A stretch of 63,548 bases of DNA, the filler included, from Octopus bimaculoides (taxonomy: Eukaryota), in NCBI RefSeq assembly GCF_001194135.2. It is 4 parts of 4 records of this genome, joined end to end, with 100 filler letters (N's around TTAATTAATTAA, not from the genome) between each part and the next. Parts side by side here need not be neighbours in the genome. Positions count along the whole stretch, not along the records: positions 59,921 to 63,548 come from NC_068985.1; 3 more parts are not named here. One strand, 5' to 3'. Made by a program: the position numbers and the translations under genes. Below, piece after piece: positions 63,503 through 63,548 of the stretch; the first letter of the stretch is position 1, and each line of letters starts with the position of its first letter. The notes beneath the pieces were generated by a model. It searched no databases and was not told where the DNA came from. It was given only the letters and a program-made list of their open reading frames with translations.

Positions 63503-63548
<46 letters not shown>

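Noticed and set aside
1-63548. CRISPR arrays, operons, rRNA or other prokaryotic systems
   Set aside because: No regularly spaced repeat-spacer array or dense gene packing; the sequence is eukaryotic, intronic or intergenic

Overview
AT-rich, gap-riddled eukaryotic genomic DNA saturated with (AT)n, (GT)n, (ATGT)n, (AAT)n and (GAT)n microsatellites. The tRNA-derived SINE families look octopus-like, so a cephalopod (Octopus) scaffold is inferred. Nearly all ORFs in the track are microsatellite, N-gap or decayed-transposon artefacts. Two host-gene pieces are supported: (1) a large + strand exon 60666-61717 encoding a Golgi alpha-1,2-fucosyltransferase (GT11), whose initiator codon appears to lie in an upstream exon not seen here; (2) a 107-bp minus-strand exon 46147-46253 matching the N-terminal TPR region of the Mps1/TTK kinase. 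The rest is layered mobile DNA: several RTE LINE fragments (one with a tandem C2H2 zinc-finger C-terminus), L1/Tx1, R4/Dong-like, HERO-like and Penelope fragments, a Gypsy LTR element split by a SINE and by a Helitron inserted precisely beside the YLDD motif, a second Helitron, two DD37D (maT) elements, mariner and other MITEs, a 232-bp fold-back and two degenerate telomere-like arrays. The most unusual signals are two minimal hammerhead-ribozyme folds on the minus strand, one with a compensatory G3-C8 core swap. Three 100-bp N44-TTAATTAATTAA-N44 spacers are artificial joins. All family assignments come from motif recognition and recall, not database searches.
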